The notes: a model not told the origin generated them from the letters alone. A stretch of 64,000 nucleotides of DNA from Candidatus Babeliales bacterium (GCA_963762115.1 CAVXJH010000006.1:521662-585661), one strand, 5' to 3'. Shown: positions 27,170 through 38,468, counted from the stretch's first letter. Program-made: numbers and translations.

Positions 27170-29503
27170 ATGAAACTTTCACTTGCTTGGATTTTTGATC
27201 ACCTTAAAACATCATGGAAAGAGCATGATATTCCTGCATTGATGCATCGATTTAATACTACAACTGCCGAAATCGACTCTTTTATTCATCTTAACATTGA
27301 TACCAATACTTTAACGTTAGCACAGGTGATGAAAATATCACCCGAATCAATTACGCTTTTTAGTGCTGAACATCAAAAGGAATATACGCTACTATGCAGA
27401 AATGATGCTCAAATTGGGCAATTTTTTTTGTTGATGCAGCAAGATGGTCAATGGCATTGGGCATCAGAAAAAGATTTAGGAGGATCAAAAGAAACATTTT
27501 TACCGTCTTTGTTTGTTGATGAAAAAAATCAGGCAGGGGGGTGGAAAAACTCTTTTGAAAAAGAAGATTATGTATTAACAGTAGATAACATCGCGTTAAC
27601 TCATCGGCCGGATATGTGGAGTCATCGAGGTTTTGCGCGAGAAATGGGAGCTATCCTTGGCATTGAACTTGTTCCAGAACAAGAATTGATTCTTGAAGTG
27701 CCTATTAAAAAAGCAGATAAAGAGATTAATGATCAAGGTTTTGGTGTTGCCTTAGATGTTCCTTCAGATTTCTGTAGCCGTTTTGCCGCTATGCATATTG
27801 CTCAAATTCAGAATCAATCATCTTCATTGGCACTAGCGCATCGTTTAATGCGCGTTGATAGTCGACCAATCACGAGCATTGTAGATGCGACTAATTATGT
27901 CATGCTTGATATGGGACAACCTTTACATGCATTTGATGCAAAAAAAATTACAACACAAAAATTAATCGTAAAACAATCACAAGCGGGAAACACGTTAACG
28001 TTACTTGATGGTCAAGAAATAACGTTTACCGGTGGTGATATTGTCATAACTGATGGCAAAAAACCAGTTGCTCTTGCAGGTATCATGGGTGGACAAGAAA
28101 CTGCTGTGCAAGATGAGACCATTTCACTCTATGTCGAAGCAGCATCATTTGTTGCGAGTAAGATTAGAAAAGCAACAACGCATTATAAAATTCGTACAGA
28201 AGCTTCAACCCGCTTTGAAAAAAGTTTGGATCCACAGCAAAATGTTCCTGGGTTATTGCGTTTTTTGAAAATAATTTCCCAAGCTGGGCTTTCTTTTACG
28301 CTGCCAAAGGCAATTTTGTCATTGGGTGCTGACGTAAAACTTCATACCATTACTGTTACTCATGATTTTATTGAGCGTATGCTTGGCGTTACGCTTGCCG
28401 TTGATTTTGTGGTAAAAACATTAACAGCGTTATCATTTAACGTTGATAAAACAGAAAATAAAGGCATGGTAGAATATTCTATTGAAGTGCCGACGTTTAG
28501 AGGCACCAAAGACGTGCTCATGTCACAAGATATTGTTGAAGAGGTGGGGCGTTATTTTGGTTTTGATAACATACCACATGTGCTACCCGCACTGCCTATG
28601 AGGCCTTCTGATTTAACGCGGTTTGATCGCATGAATAGAGTAAAAAACTATTGCGCGTATGCAGCACATGCTCATGAAGTGCGAAATTATGCTGTTTATG
28701 ATGAAGAATTTTTAAAAATACTTGCGTGGGCTCCTACAAAGAGCGTTGCCATAAAAAATCCTATTTCAACCAATATGTATCGATTAGTGACAAGTTTAGT
28801 GCCCCATTTAATTAAAAATGTGCACGTAAATGCCACGCATAAAGATTCCTATAGTTTTTTTGAAGTTAATAAAATATGGCATAGAGAAGAATTGCCAAAA
28901 GTTTCTGTCAAAGAGCAAACTGCTTTAGCGGGAATATTTTTTGACGCTACTACTGAAATAAATTTTTATCAAAAAAAAGAAATTTTATCAGAATTATTCC
29001 GCTCATTAGGAATGGATGTTACTTGGCAAAAAGCGCAGTCCGTTGAGCCTTGGTTTCACCCCTATCAAACTGCTGAATTATTTTTGAATCAACAATCAAT
29101 CGGCTTTGCCGGAATCGCTAATCCAACAATGTTGCAAACCGTTGTACCGGGATCAGCATTTATTTTTGAACTGAATGGTGACATACTTTTTGATGTACAC
29201 ATGCCGCAACAGATTGCTAAACCGTTGCCAAAATATCAAGATTCATGGCGAGATATTAGCATGCTGGTTCCTTTATCAGTTACCGTGCAGCAATTAAAAG
29301 AGCTTATTATGAAGGCATCGCCAGCAATTGTTTCTGTTGTCTTAATTGATTTTTTTCAAAAAGATGAATGGCATGATGTGCGCTCGGTGACCATGCGCTT
29401 TTATGTACGCAATGAAGAAAGAACATTAGTAAGTGAAGAAGTTGATGCGGTTAATGATGCTGTCGTAGAGCGTTTGAAAACCTTAGGGGCAACAATTCGA
29501 TGA
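27170..29503 (+). CDS. pheT: Phenylalanine-tRNA ligase beta subunit
   Basis: THRPDMWSHRGFARE, VDATNYVMLDMGQPLHAFD, LAGIMGG, DIVEEVGRYFG, C-terminal RDIS..GATIR. Confidence 0.97.
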   Translation: MKLSLAWIFDHLKTSWKEHDIPALMHRFNTTTAEIDSFIHLNIDTNTLTLAQVMKISPESITLFSAEHQKEYTLLCRNDAQIGQFFLLMQQDGQWHWASEKDLGGSKETFLPSLFVDEKNQAGGWKNSFEKEDYVLTVDNIALTHRPDMWSHRGFAREMGAILGIELVPEQELILEVPIKKADKEINDQGFGVALDVPSDFCSRFAAMHIAQIQNQSSSLALAHRLMRVDSRPITSIVDATNYVMLDMGQPLHAFDAKKITTQKLIVKQSQAGNTLTLLDGQEITFTGGDIVITDGKKPVALAGIMGGQETAVQDETISLYVEAASFVASKIRKATTHYKIRTEASTRFEKSLDPQQNVPGLLRFLKIISQAGLSFTLPKAILSLGADVKLHTITVTHDFIERMLGVTLAVDFVVKTLTALSFNVDKTENKGMVEYSIEVPTFRGTKDVLMSQDIVEEVGRYFGFDNIPHVLPALPMRPSDLTRFDRMNRVKNYCAYAAHAHEVRNYAVYDEEFLKILAWAPTKSVAIKNPISTNMYRLVTSLVPHLIKNVHVNATHKDSYSFFEVNKIWHREELPKVSVKEQTALAGIFFDATTEINFYQKKEILSELFRSLGMDVTWQKAQSVEPWFHPYQTAELFLNQQSIGFAGIANPTMLQTVVPGSAFIFELNGDILFDVHMPQQIAKPLPKYQDSWRDISMLVPLSVTVQQLKELIMKASPAIVSVVLIDFFQKDEWHDVRSVTMRFYVRNEERTLVSEEVDAVNDAVVERLKTLGATIR

Positions 29504-29961
29504 ATGCTCAACGATTTTTACCATGGTATGGCGTGTTATTTATCATCATTGTTGGCCTTGATCAGTTGACTAAATATAGCATGCTCATGTCAGCCACAAC
29601 CTATAAAATCACTTCCTTTCTTAGTTTACAAGTGCAATTGAATCGTGGCATATCATGGGGCATGTTTCACTCAGAAAATGATCTTTTTTTCTTTTTTATT
29701 ACTTTTTTGATTTGTTGTTTTATTGGTGGTTTTTTGCATCACACGTTTATGCGCTATCAAGAAGGGTTAGTTATATTTCCTGAAGTTGCGGTGATTGCCG
29801 GTGCATGCTCAAATCTTTTTGATCGTTTTTTTCATGCAGGGGTTGTTGATTTTATCTTTTTTTCATGGCGGCATTGGTCATTCCCTTTATTTAATGTTGC
29901 TGATGTGGCAATTGTTCTTGGTATTTTTTTTATTTTACTTGAAGGATTGCGAGAGCAATGA
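29500..29961 (+). CDS. lspA: Lipoprotein signal peptidase II
   Basis: LDQLTK, NRGISWG, SNLFDR, VVDFI, FNVADVAI. Confidence 0.95.
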   Translation: MNAQRFLPWYGVLFIIIVGLDQLTKYSMLMSATTYKITSFLSLQVQLNRGISWGMFHSENDLFFFFITFLICCFIGGFLHHTFMRYQEGLVIFPEVAVIAGACSNLFDRFFHAGVVDFIFFSWRHWSFPLFNVADVAIVLGIFFILLEGLREQ

Positions 29962-30428
29962 GTAGTTCATTTTTGAAAAATTGTGCAACATTAGGGTATA
30001 TTGGTTATCTTCCTGCTCCAGGCACTGTTGCATCTTTGGTTACGGTTCCTCTTGCGTTCTTACTGCATCAGTATATTCCTTCATGGTATTTAGCGACAAT
30101 AATTATTAGTTATTGCATAGGCCATGTCATTGTTAATAATGTTCTTGGACTCTTTAATGAAGCTGATCCTTCGCAAATAGTTATTGATGAACTGGTTGGT
30201 TGTCTTATTGCATTATATGCGTTGCCATTTTCATGGCCAGTTTGGTTGCTCGCTTTTGTGTTATTTCGCTTTTTTGATATTTATAAGTTTGGCCTTGTGG
30301 CTTGGTCAGAAAAATTACCTGGTGCCACGGGCATTATGGTAGATGATGTTATTGCGGGCGTGTTAAGTAACCTTTGTGTGCGCTTAGTGCTTATGGTTTT
30401 TAGTGGTGTTTTGTATGGCTCTCTATAA
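29958..30428 (+). CDS. pgpA: Phosphatidylglycerophosphatase A
   Basis: PAPGTVAS, DPSQIVIDELVG, FRFFDIYK, GIMVDDVIAG. Confidence 0.95.
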   Translation: MSSSFLKNCATLGYIGYLPAPGTVASLVTVPLAFLLHQYIPSWYLATIIISYCIGHVIVNNVLGLFNEADPSQIVIDELVGCLIALYALPFSWPVWLLAFVLFRFFDIYKFGLVAWSEKLPGATGIMVDDVIAGVLSNLCVRLVLMVFSGVLYGSL

Positions 30429-31080
30429 TTTTTTTGCGAATTTCGCTCAACTGACAAAAAATTTTTTCGTTCCCTCTTTTTGTGTGCATTGCAAAAATTG
30501 GTTAGAACAACCAACCATTTTATGCGTTTCGTGTCGTGCGCTTATTCATCCTATAGTTTCTGCTCGCCTTGAAGTGAATGCTGCAACTACTATGACGGTG
30601 TTTGCTGCCAGCAAATATCAAGATCCACTTAAATCGATTATTTTGGCAAAAGGGCGATTCGATTGTTTGGCAAGCAAATATATGGGACAACTTCTTTGGG
30701 AATTGACGCCAGTGAGCCATGCATCATTTGATTATATTATCCCTATTCCTTTACATTGGCGGCGCTTTGCCTATCGTGGGTATAATCAAGCAACCATGAT
30801 GGCGCATGAACTTGCCAAAAAAAGCAAGCAGCCCATGATTGAATTGATACGGCGAAAACAATACACCGTTTTTCAATCGGTGCTAACCACATCAGAGCGA
30901 AAAGATAATGTTAAAAACGCATTTGTTTTGCAGCAAGGTGATTTATCTGAGTATACGGGTAAACATTTTCTTCTTGTTGATGATCTTATGACAACCGGTG
31001 CAACGCTTAAAGCTGCTGCACAGTGTTTGTTGCCACTCAAGCCCGCTTCAATCACGGCTGTTGTTCTGTGTCGGACATAA
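30415..31080 (+). CDS. comF: ComF-family competence protein (Zn finger + PRTase)
   Basis: CVHC..CVSC, PIPLHWRR..RGYNQA, LLVDDLMTTGATL. Confidence 0.92.
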   Translation: MALYNFFANFAQLTKNFFVPSFCVHCKNWLEQPTILCVSCRALIHPIVSARLEVNAATTMTVFAASKYQDPLKSIILAKGRFDCLASKYMGQLLWELTPVSHASFDYIIPIPLHWRRFAYRGYNQATMMAHELAKKSKQPMIELIRRKQYTVFQSVLTTSERKDNVKNAFVLQQGDLSEYTGKHFLLVDDLMTTGATLKAAAQCLLPLKPASITAVVLCRT

Positions 31081-31116
31081 CGATTTATTGTTACATTTTT
31101 TGAAGGGGAAAATAAT

Positions 31117-32172
31117 ATGAAGAACGTATTTTGTCGTATTTCTTTTTACCTATTTATTTGTTCATTTTCAACTATACATGCAATGGAAAAATGGTCTCTG
31201 GATAATGATGATGCTTCAAGCAAGACAAGCGAAGCGGTGCGTTTATTGCATGGTGAAAAAAAGCATAACAAGAATGTTATTTGTATCGAACAAATGCATC
31301 AAGAAAAAAAAATTCAAAAAGAGCTTAAGCGAAATATTAGAGCATTGCCAACAGAATTACAGTGCCATATTTTTTATGATTTGGATGATTTGACAATGCC
31401 TACACTTTGTAGGCTTGCGCATGATATGCGACTTTCTCCTGAATCGATTAAGAAAGTTGAATGTGCACATCATCGTTATATTAATGATAAAAGTATAATA
31501 ATTGATAGATTGGGAACGGTGAATGAGCGATTTCGAGCATATGGGGGACTAATACAAGAGATTATTGGTTTTATGAAACCGCCGCATGGTGAAGTTGCTT
31601 ATAAAAATTTTGGGAAGACTTGGTCTGATGTGCGTGCTCTTAATGATTGTTTGAATGGGCAATACCTAGTAGATATTGCACCATTAAAAAATACGTTACG
31701 TGCTTTTGTTGAACGGACTCGTACACAAGTTGAATGCTTTTATTCTGAGCCGGATTGCACGGATGAGTTTATTAGGAGTTATTTAGTGACAAGGCATGGG
31801 CTTATAGATTTTTTTGGATATCGATTCAACATAAAAGTTAATCGTTTTCATAATGTAATTCGATTTCTCACGATGCCAAAATATATTGTTTCTTTTGGCT
31901 TAACAGGTAGTGCGATGTGGTTAACCGGTGATATTTTTGAATGTTGTGGCCCTTGGGTGTCTGCGGGATCAATAGTATCCCTTGGGATCAGTGGCATTTT
32001 AGGTGTACTTTTGGCATTTAATGATGATTGTGATTATTTGGAGGGAAAATCAAAACTTCAACGGTTATTATGTTCGAATGATTTTGATCGCGCAAAAATA
32101 AGAAAAGCATTTTCAAAAGCACATAAGAGAATAGCAAGAATTCAATCTATTCCCTCAGATGAAAATGTTTAG
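31117..32172 (+). CDS. Secreted F-box-like protein with C-terminal TM hairpin
   Basis: Signal ...TIHA|ME; IRALPTELQCHIFYDLD; two hydrophobic helices near the C-terminus. Confidence 0.65.
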   Translation: MKNVFCRISFYLFICSFSTIHAMEKWSLDNDDASSKTSEAVRLLHGEKKHNKNVICIEQMHQEKKIQKELKRNIRALPTELQCHIFYDLDDLTMPTLCRLAHDMRLSPESIKKVECAHHRYINDKSIIIDRLGTVNERFRAYGGLIQEIIGFMKPPHGEVAYKNFGKTWSDVRALNDCLNGQYLVDIAPLKNTLRAFVERTRTQVECFYSEPDCTDEFIRSYLVTRHGLIDFFGYRFNIKVNRFHNVIRFLTMPKYIVSFGLTGSAMWLTGDIFECCGPWVSAGSIVSLGISGILGVLLAFNDDCDYLEGKSKLQRLLCSNDFDRAKIRKAFSKAHKRIARIQSIPSDENV

Positions 32173-32216
32173 TTTCATTTGAGGGAATTTTGCCGTTGTT
32201 TTGTGTCGCACATGAA

Positions 32217-32780
32217 TTATGCATTGGCGATTTGTTTGAACGAATAAGCGCCAAGATTTGCAGCAGTTAAAATACACGCAACATTAAGTAACGTCTGAAC
32301 ACTCCACAACTTATATTCATATTCATGTCGTTTTAAATTAGGATCAAAATAAGGTACTGAGCCTAAGACACTATTTTGATGCATAACGAGAGAAAGTGCG
32401 GTTGCAATTGTTGCACAGATTATTGGAAGAGGAAAATCTAATTGTGCGTTGCAGCATGCAGCAAGTAAACCCAAAATAAATCCATCAATGCATTGGCTTG
32501 CAAAAATGCGAATACCTAATGATCCTTCAATTTCTATATATTTATCGAAACTTTTAATGGCAGCTTCGGTATAAAACGTTGTACGAGACGGAATCATGCC
32601 TTGACCAGGAAAGCTCTTTTCTCTGCCAACTTTCATAGCATATCTATTTTTGGAGAGTTCATCAGCTGCTATGCGTTGCTGTTCTGCACCTTCTTTTAAT
32701 TTGAATACACTTTCTAGGAAAAATGCATTGGTAAAAAAAGTAGTTGTCATTAAAGCTAAGAAAATAGTTTTTTTTATCAT
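32217..32780 (-). CDS. Membrane hypothetical protein
   Basis: Signal peptide plus three hydrophobic segments. Confidence 0.65.
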   Translation of the reverse strand: MIKKTIFLALMTTTFFTNAFFLESVFKLKEGAEQQRIAADELSKNRYAMKVGREKSFPGQGMIPSRTTFYTEAAIKSFDKYIEIEGSLGIRIFASQCIDGFILGLLAACCNAQLDFPLPIICATIATALSLVMHQNSVLGSVPYFDPNLKRHEYEYKLWSVQTLLNVACILTAANLGAYSFKQIANA

Positions 32781-32783
32781 TAT

Positions 32784-33955
32784 CTATCCTAAAGAGTTTT
32801 CTTTTTGTGGTTGTTGTATATTTTGTTGCGCTAATGTTAAGGTTTTTTGTGCCTTTTTAATATTGCTTTTCAGTTCATGCAGATTTGTATATCTGCTTGC
32901 GCATAAGGTTTGGTCAATAGATGGATGTGTTAAGCGATGAGCTATTAATGGTGGGCACAGCTTCCAGAAACGTATACAACATGATGAACATTGTTTTGAA
33001 TGAATCAATTGATTAGTAACTTTTTTTTCAGGGCAATTAAAGCATATATTTGTTGAGTAGCAGATTGCCGGATAGCCAATGCAAAATAAATAACTTCCAA
33101 TAGTTCCTAGTATGATTGCTGGATTTGGTGATAGAACGGCAATGCATAAGCACATTGACCCAACGCAGCATGATTGACAACTAGGGCCATATCTGAAGCA
33201 GACATTGCACATATCTCCAGCGTTATCACATATATTGATGCGAGACTTAATTCTTTGTTGAATTACTTCCAAAAATTGTTTTCTAAGATTGTAATATGAT
33301 GCACCATCTTTTGCATTATCATATATATTTTTAGCGTTTGCGGCATAGGTGACAACAGCAGCGTTAAAGGTAGTTTTATCGATACTATATTGTTTTGTTA
33401 AATTATTTATTTTTTGTAAATCTGAATAAAGATGATTGCCGGCTGGTTTATTTTTAAAAGATCCAAATGTAATAGCCGCAGTAAAAAGTTGTTGTGTGTT
33501 TTTGGGGTTGGATTACTTTCGTATTGCTGTATCATAAAGCGGGTATGTAAACCTTTTAGTTGTTTATACGCTTTGCATCGGCTTTTATTACTTATATAGG
33601 GTAATCGTGCAAAATATGCTAAAGAATGACTTTCAAGAAAAGTAATAATGTGTTCTTGTGCCAGAGTTGGCAGTGTCAGGAATTGTAGTATTAATTCTTT
33701 AGTTTCCTTAGAAACATCTTGTTCTTGTGTATATAAATTACGTTTATTCGTTTTAGGCAATAGACTTTCTTTTTCTCTTGTATCATTTTCGATTGTATAT
33801 TCTTCTTGAGTAAGAGCATGGCAAAGGCCTTGAGCAAAAGGGTTTGTTGGTCGTTGGTAAGTATCGAGTGACCATGCTTCCATGCATGATAGGTAATTTG
33901 AAATTGATGATAGAATAAAAAATGCAATAAACATTGTGTTACGTATTATTTTCAC
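32784..33955 (-). pseudogene. Frameshifted secreted F-box-like protein with Cys-rich TM C-terminus
   Basis: The frame of 32784..33272 stays open up to ~33510, overlapping the end of 33407..33955; signal ...YLSC|ME; FLTLPTLAQEHIITFL. Confidence 0.65.
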
Positions 33956-34200
33956 TATCCCTCTTATGGCATGAGCGTGATTGAGTGCTTATAACAACAA
34001 GTTTACAGTATAGTGATACCATTGAGAATGTCATTTGTTTTATTATTATTCCATGTTTGATAAAAAAAAATTTTTTGTACTCAATAGAGCTGAAACTAAC
34101 AGAATATAAAAGAAAAAACATAAAGTTTTTCATTATTTACTTTTATCATAGATCGCATTAGAATTGCTGAAATTAACTATTCCATTAAAAAAAGGCGGCA

Positions 34201-36885
34201 ATGAAAAAAGCATCAATAATGTTATCCGTTTTCTTATTTTTTATTTCTTACAACATCAAATCTGAACTTTTTTTGCAGATAAATCCTGAATTTTTGGATA
34301 GTTTTTATTTTAAAAATCAGGAAGCGAAAAATCATTTAAAGCATATTGTTAATCATCGAAGTGCGCAAGAAACAGAGAGTTATTTGAAAAGTTTACCTTT
34401 AGAAACACAAGAGATGCTATATGATACTATGCAAACAAGTGTAGATGAAAAGGGCAATACGCTATTTCATTTACTTGGAGATAAGAAGATAGTTGAAAAA
34501 TTTTTATTTTTGAAACCAGATGTAAATAAGAAAAATAAATTAGGCATTACGCCATTAATGATGTTTATAGCTTTGAAAAATAGAGAAGGTGCAAAAATAT
34601 TACTTGAAAAAGCTAATAATGTAGATGTGAATTCACGAGATAATAATGGTTGCAATGCATATCATGTGGCTTTTTTTTGCGATGGTTGTGAAATTATTAA
34701 AAGTCTGTTAGAGAAAGGGCTTGATATTAATTATGTTGATAAATGGGGTAACACACCTTTAGTTATGGCTATCGATATTGGCAACATTGAAATTGTACAA
34801 TTACTTGTTAATTGGCATGTAGATGTCAATAAACCTGCCGAAAGGTATTTTAATTTCGACAAAGAAGATGCTCATTTAAAATTTTCTGATAAAGAATATT
34901 TACCGCCATTGATTCTTGCAATAAACCGTTATAACCCTGAAATAGTCAAAATTTTAATAGAGGCAGGGGCTGATACAAATATAATCATACGAGAAAATTT
35001 TAATCCACTTATAATCGCCATTAATTTTGCTTCTAATATTGAAATTATTCAACTACTTCTTAAGGGGGGTGCTAATAGTAATCAAAAAAGTCATGGAATG
35101 ACAGTTTTGATGCATTTAATTCCTATTGATCGCAATAAAAAGGAAAAGCGTAGCATTACTCAATTATTGTTGGATAATGGCGCATGTATACATGAGGTTA
35201 CGCAAGAGAGTAATGATAGTATCTTCTCATTTTTGGGTTTAAAATTTATAGATAAAAATATCCCTAACATGGAAAATCATTTAAAGGCAACAAACATATC
35301 AGCACTTATGTGTGCTGCACTATACGGTGACAAAGCTATGGTAAAAACGTTACTTAAGGCGGGTGCTCAGGTGAATGCGGTAACCTCACAAGGTATGACA
35401 CCGCTTATGTTTGCTGTTATTTCTGGAGAATTAAAATGTGTGCAACTACTGATTAGTGCTGGTGCAGATCTTCATGCTCAAGATGTTTTTGGGATGAGTG
35501 CATATCAGCTTGCGATAATAACTAACAATCCGTACATCGTTTATGCATTTCATTTAAGTTTTGAAGTAGAAAATTATCAAAAAGATGCAATAGAAAAAAA
35601 TGACAATCAAGGAATTGTGAATGCTGTTGAAAATCATTCTACGACACCAGATATTTTATTAGATAACATTATTTGCGGAAAAATTTCTGAAAAAGATTTT
35701 AATAATGAATCACTCGATAGCTCATTGGAAGATGTATCATATCAAAAAGAAGATCGCAAAATTTCTTTATGGCAGGGATTTCCTCAAAAAGAAGATGAAA
35801 AGAAAAATACTGTTTCTCCTTATATCGATGATGCATTGTTAGAAGATATTTTGAAAAAAGTTCCACCACAACAAGATTCGTTTGAGATGCGAAATATAGA
35901 ATTATGCACTAGAAACAATAGGGATCGTTATGATGAAGATTTTAATAATGAATTATTAGCTCATTGTCCTGAAAAGTTGCGCTCTATAGTTGAGGAATTA
36001 AAAAATAGAGATCTCTTTGATAATGATTTATATCATGGCATTATTCCTCATCACCTGTTGCTTGTTGGGCCACCCGGAGTCGGTAAAAGCTCATTGGCAA
36101 AAGCAATAGCAGAGATTTGTCATATATCATATGCTTTTATTAAAGCACCACTTTTAGCTAATGAATATACGAATTCAGGACCAAGCAATTTAAGCAGAAT
36201 TTTTGATCCAATTTTTAAAAGCGATGAGCCATGTATTGTTATAATAGATGAATTGCAAACACTTATTCAAAAAAAAGATAGAAATAGTCTTGATACAAGC
36301 TGCGCTGAAGCCTTATGGATTTTACTTGATGAATGTAAAACAAAAAATAATATTTTGATTATAGCAACGGCAAATGAAATTGATGTGTTGCCTGAACAGT
36401 TACGCAGTCGTTTATCAAAAAGTGTCCATCAAATAGCTTTGCCAAAATTATCAGCTCGAGAGCGAATAATTGCTTATTATGTTTCAAAGGTTCCGGTGAA
36501 CATATCATTAAAAATCACTGAAAATGATATAAAACACTATGCAAAAAAGACGTGCGATTTTTCAATTCGTGATTTGGAGGATATGATCGAAGTCGCAGTT
36601 TCAAACGCATATTTTAAACGATGTAAACAACAAATACATCATAAAGTTTTAGATAAAAATGATTTGGAACAAGCATATCAACATATAAAACAACAAAAGA
36701 ATTCAGGGTTTTTGCCTGAATGGTGCAAAGATGTTAAAAATTATATTATACCTGCCATTGCAGTGCCTATGGGTATTGCAGCCGTGCAATTGGCTGTACA
36801 ATGCTATATTTCTTATACATCACATCAAATTTCTTATGCGCAAGCGGAAGCTCATCATCAGGATTTTTTAGCGTTAAGGAAATAA
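34201..36885 (+). CDS. Secreted ankyrin-repeat + AAA+ ATPase protein with C-terminal hydrophobic helix
   Basis: Many TPL..A ankyrin repeats; GPPGVGKS, IIDELQ, IATAN, LPEQLRSR. Confidence 0.9.
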   Translation: MKKASIMLSVFLFFISYNIKSELFLQINPEFLDSFYFKNQEAKNHLKHIVNHRSAQETESYLKSLPLETQEMLYDTMQTSVDEKGNTLFHLLGDKKIVEKFLFLKPDVNKKNKLGITPLMMFIALKNREGAKILLEKANNVDVNSRDNNGCNAYHVAFFCDGCEIIKSLLEKGLDINYVDKWGNTPLVMAIDIGNIEIVQLLVNWHVDVNKPAERYFNFDKEDAHLKFSDKEYLPPLILAINRYNPEIVKILIEAGADTNIIIRENFNPLIIAINFASNIEIIQLLLKGGANSNQKSHGMTVLMHLIPIDRNKKEKRSITQLLLDNGACIHEVTQESNDSIFSFLGLKFIDKNIPNMENHLKATNISALMCAALYGDKAMVKTLLKAGAQVNAVTSQGMTPLMFAVISGELKCVQLLISAGADLHAQDVFGMSAYQLAIITNNPYIVYAFHLSFEVENYQKDAIEKNDNQGIVNAVENHSTTPDILLDNIICGKISEKDFNNESLDSSLEDVSYQKEDRKISLWQGFPQKEDEKKNTVSPYIDDALLEDILKKVPPQQDSFEMRNIELCTRNNRDRYDEDFNNELLAHCPEKLRSIVEELKNRDLFDNDLYHGIIPHHLLLVGPPGVGKSSLAKAIAEICHISYAFIKAPLLANEYTNSGPSNLSRIFDPIFKSDEPCIVIIDELQTLIQKKDRNSLDTSCAEALWILLDECKTKNNILIIATANEIDVLPEQLRSRLSKSVHQIALPKLSARERIIAYYVSKVPVNISLKITENDIKHYAKKTCDFSIRDLEDMIEVAVSNAYFKRCKQQIHHKVLDKNDLEQAYQHIKQQKNSGFLPEWCKDVKNYIIPAIAVPMGIAAVQLAVQCYISYTSHQISYAQAEAHHQDFLALRK

Positions 36886-36913
36886 TTATTGTTGTGGATA
36901 GTTTAATGCATTG

Positions 36914-37321
36914 TTATTTTTTTATATCAGTGATAATTTTAGCGACTAATGCCCAATTTAGTAAGCCAAATAACAATGATGCAACTCCTGCACTTCCAAT
37001 AATTGATCCTATGATTGTTCGACCTTTTTGCTGTTTTCTGTGCCATTCTTCACTTCTTTCTTGTTCTAATGCGCGAGCAATTCTACTTAAAGGAACTAAT
37101 GGAATATCATAAGCTTGTGCAATCCCCTCAACAATGAGCCCTATGCCAATAGCACTGGAAATTAGCCCAATAAAAAAATATATCGGCATTAAACTTTCTA
37201 TATCAGAAGAATTTAGATTTTTTGATGTAGCATGAGAATGGCTATTTGCTGCATTTATATTGGCAATGAAAAAAGAAAATATACAGGTTAGTAAAATAAT
37301 ATGCTTGAAGATAAAAGACAT
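36914..37321 (-). CDS. Membrane hypothetical protein
   Basis: Signal plus two Gly-rich TM helices. Confidence 0.65.
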   Translation of the reverse strand: MSFIFKHIILLTCIFSFFIANINAANSHSHATSKNLNSSDIESLMPIYFFIGLISSAIGIGLIVEGIAQAYDIPLVPLSRIARALEQERSEEWHRKQQKGRTIIGSIIGSAGVASLLFGLLNWALVAKIITDIKK

Positions 37322-37442
37322 TTTTCCCTTATTGTTTTTTGTGTGTTAATAATTAAATGCATTGTTGACTGTTTTTTGGTTGATGACATCTAATCGCCAA
37401 TTTTCATAGTTATTCTCTTTAAAATTAAAAATTATTTAAAAA

Positions 37443-37997
37443 TTAATAAGATAGTAGCAGAGGGAAAATTTTGCTAATTAATATTGCATAACCAAATTCA
37501 ATTACAAAGAAACGAATTGTATTTAACATCCAAAAAAAACTAGCGGTATATCTAATAATTAGGTTCAGTATTTGAGATTCGGGAGGGTAAGATAGGTATA
37601 CCTTTTCTAATACTTCTAGATCAGTGGAACTCGGAAAAGCATGCATCCCACTAGAAAAACCAATCCAAGCCATAATAATAAAAAGCAGTTGCACGCCTTC
37701 TGGTTGTTCAAGGTGATCATCAAACCAACTCATAGGAAGACATGAGGGTAGAGTAAAAATTGCGCACACTAATGTGTTAATAATAAACGGGGCGATCGTA
37801 ATCAGATATTGTTCAATAACATTTGTTGTTGGCTCATACTCAACGTACCCAGATACTTTATTTGAGGGAAGAAAATATTTAACTTTATATACAGTTAATC
37901 CAAATTTATCGCAAAAGAGTCTGTGGGCTATTTCATGGATGATAACACCGGGAAAAGTAATTATTGTTATGAGTATAGTAGGAATAATAATTATCAT
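37443..37997 (-). CDS. Membrane zinc-metalloprotease-like protein (HExxH)
   Basis: PGVIIHEIAH, IAPF, AFPSSTD; several TM segments. Confidence 0.75.
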   Translation of the reverse strand: MIIIIPTILITIITFPGVIIHEIAHRLFCDKFGLTVYKVKYFLPSNKVSGYVEYEPTTNVIEQYLITIAPFIINTLVCAIFTLPSCLPMSWFDDHLEQPEGVQLLFIIMAWIGFSSGMHAFPSSTDLEVLEKVYLSYPPESQILNLIIRYTASFFWMLNTIRFFVIEFGYAILISKIFPLLLSY

Positions 37998-37999
37998 GG

Positions 38000-38404
38000 T
38001 TATTTTCTCATGAAATAAGGTTTAAGTTCTTTTGGCATATGGGTAGTTACAATGTCCAAATCAGTATCATTCAGCTTTAATTTAATTTCTTCGAGTATAT
38101 TTAATGCTTTATGAGTTTTATTAAGCGCAAAATAGGTCTGAACTGCGTGGACTTTTGCAATTTTTGAGTTTTTTAGAGAGGACAAGATATATTTATATCC
38201 ATTAAGTGCTTCGTGATAATTGCCCCAGATGAAATTTTGTTGTGCGACTTTTAGAACACGATTTAATTCATAATATTTTGGAAAAAAGAATGCCAAAAAA
38301 TACAACAATCCTAAAAATGAGCCAAGTGCTATTACTCTGAAGGTAATCGGATACGAATGGGGTGGTATTGCACTCAATGTTTCATTGTTTTCTACTTCAA
38401 ACAT
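38000..38404 (-). CDS. Membrane-anchored TPR-like protein
   Basis: One TM helix then GNYHEALNGY / HKALNILEE helical repeats. Confidence 0.55.
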   Translation of the reverse strand: MFEVENNETLSAIPPHSYPITFRVIALGSFLGLLYFLAFFFPKYYELNRVLKVAQQNFIWGNYHEALNGYKYILSSLKNSKIAKVHAVQTYFALNKTHKALNILEEIKLKLNDTDLDIVTTHMPKELKPYFMRK

Positions 38405-38468
38405 ACTCTTCTTTCAAATTATTGTTCATAGCCCCTTATATGTATACTTTATGAGTTTTCTAAAATAT

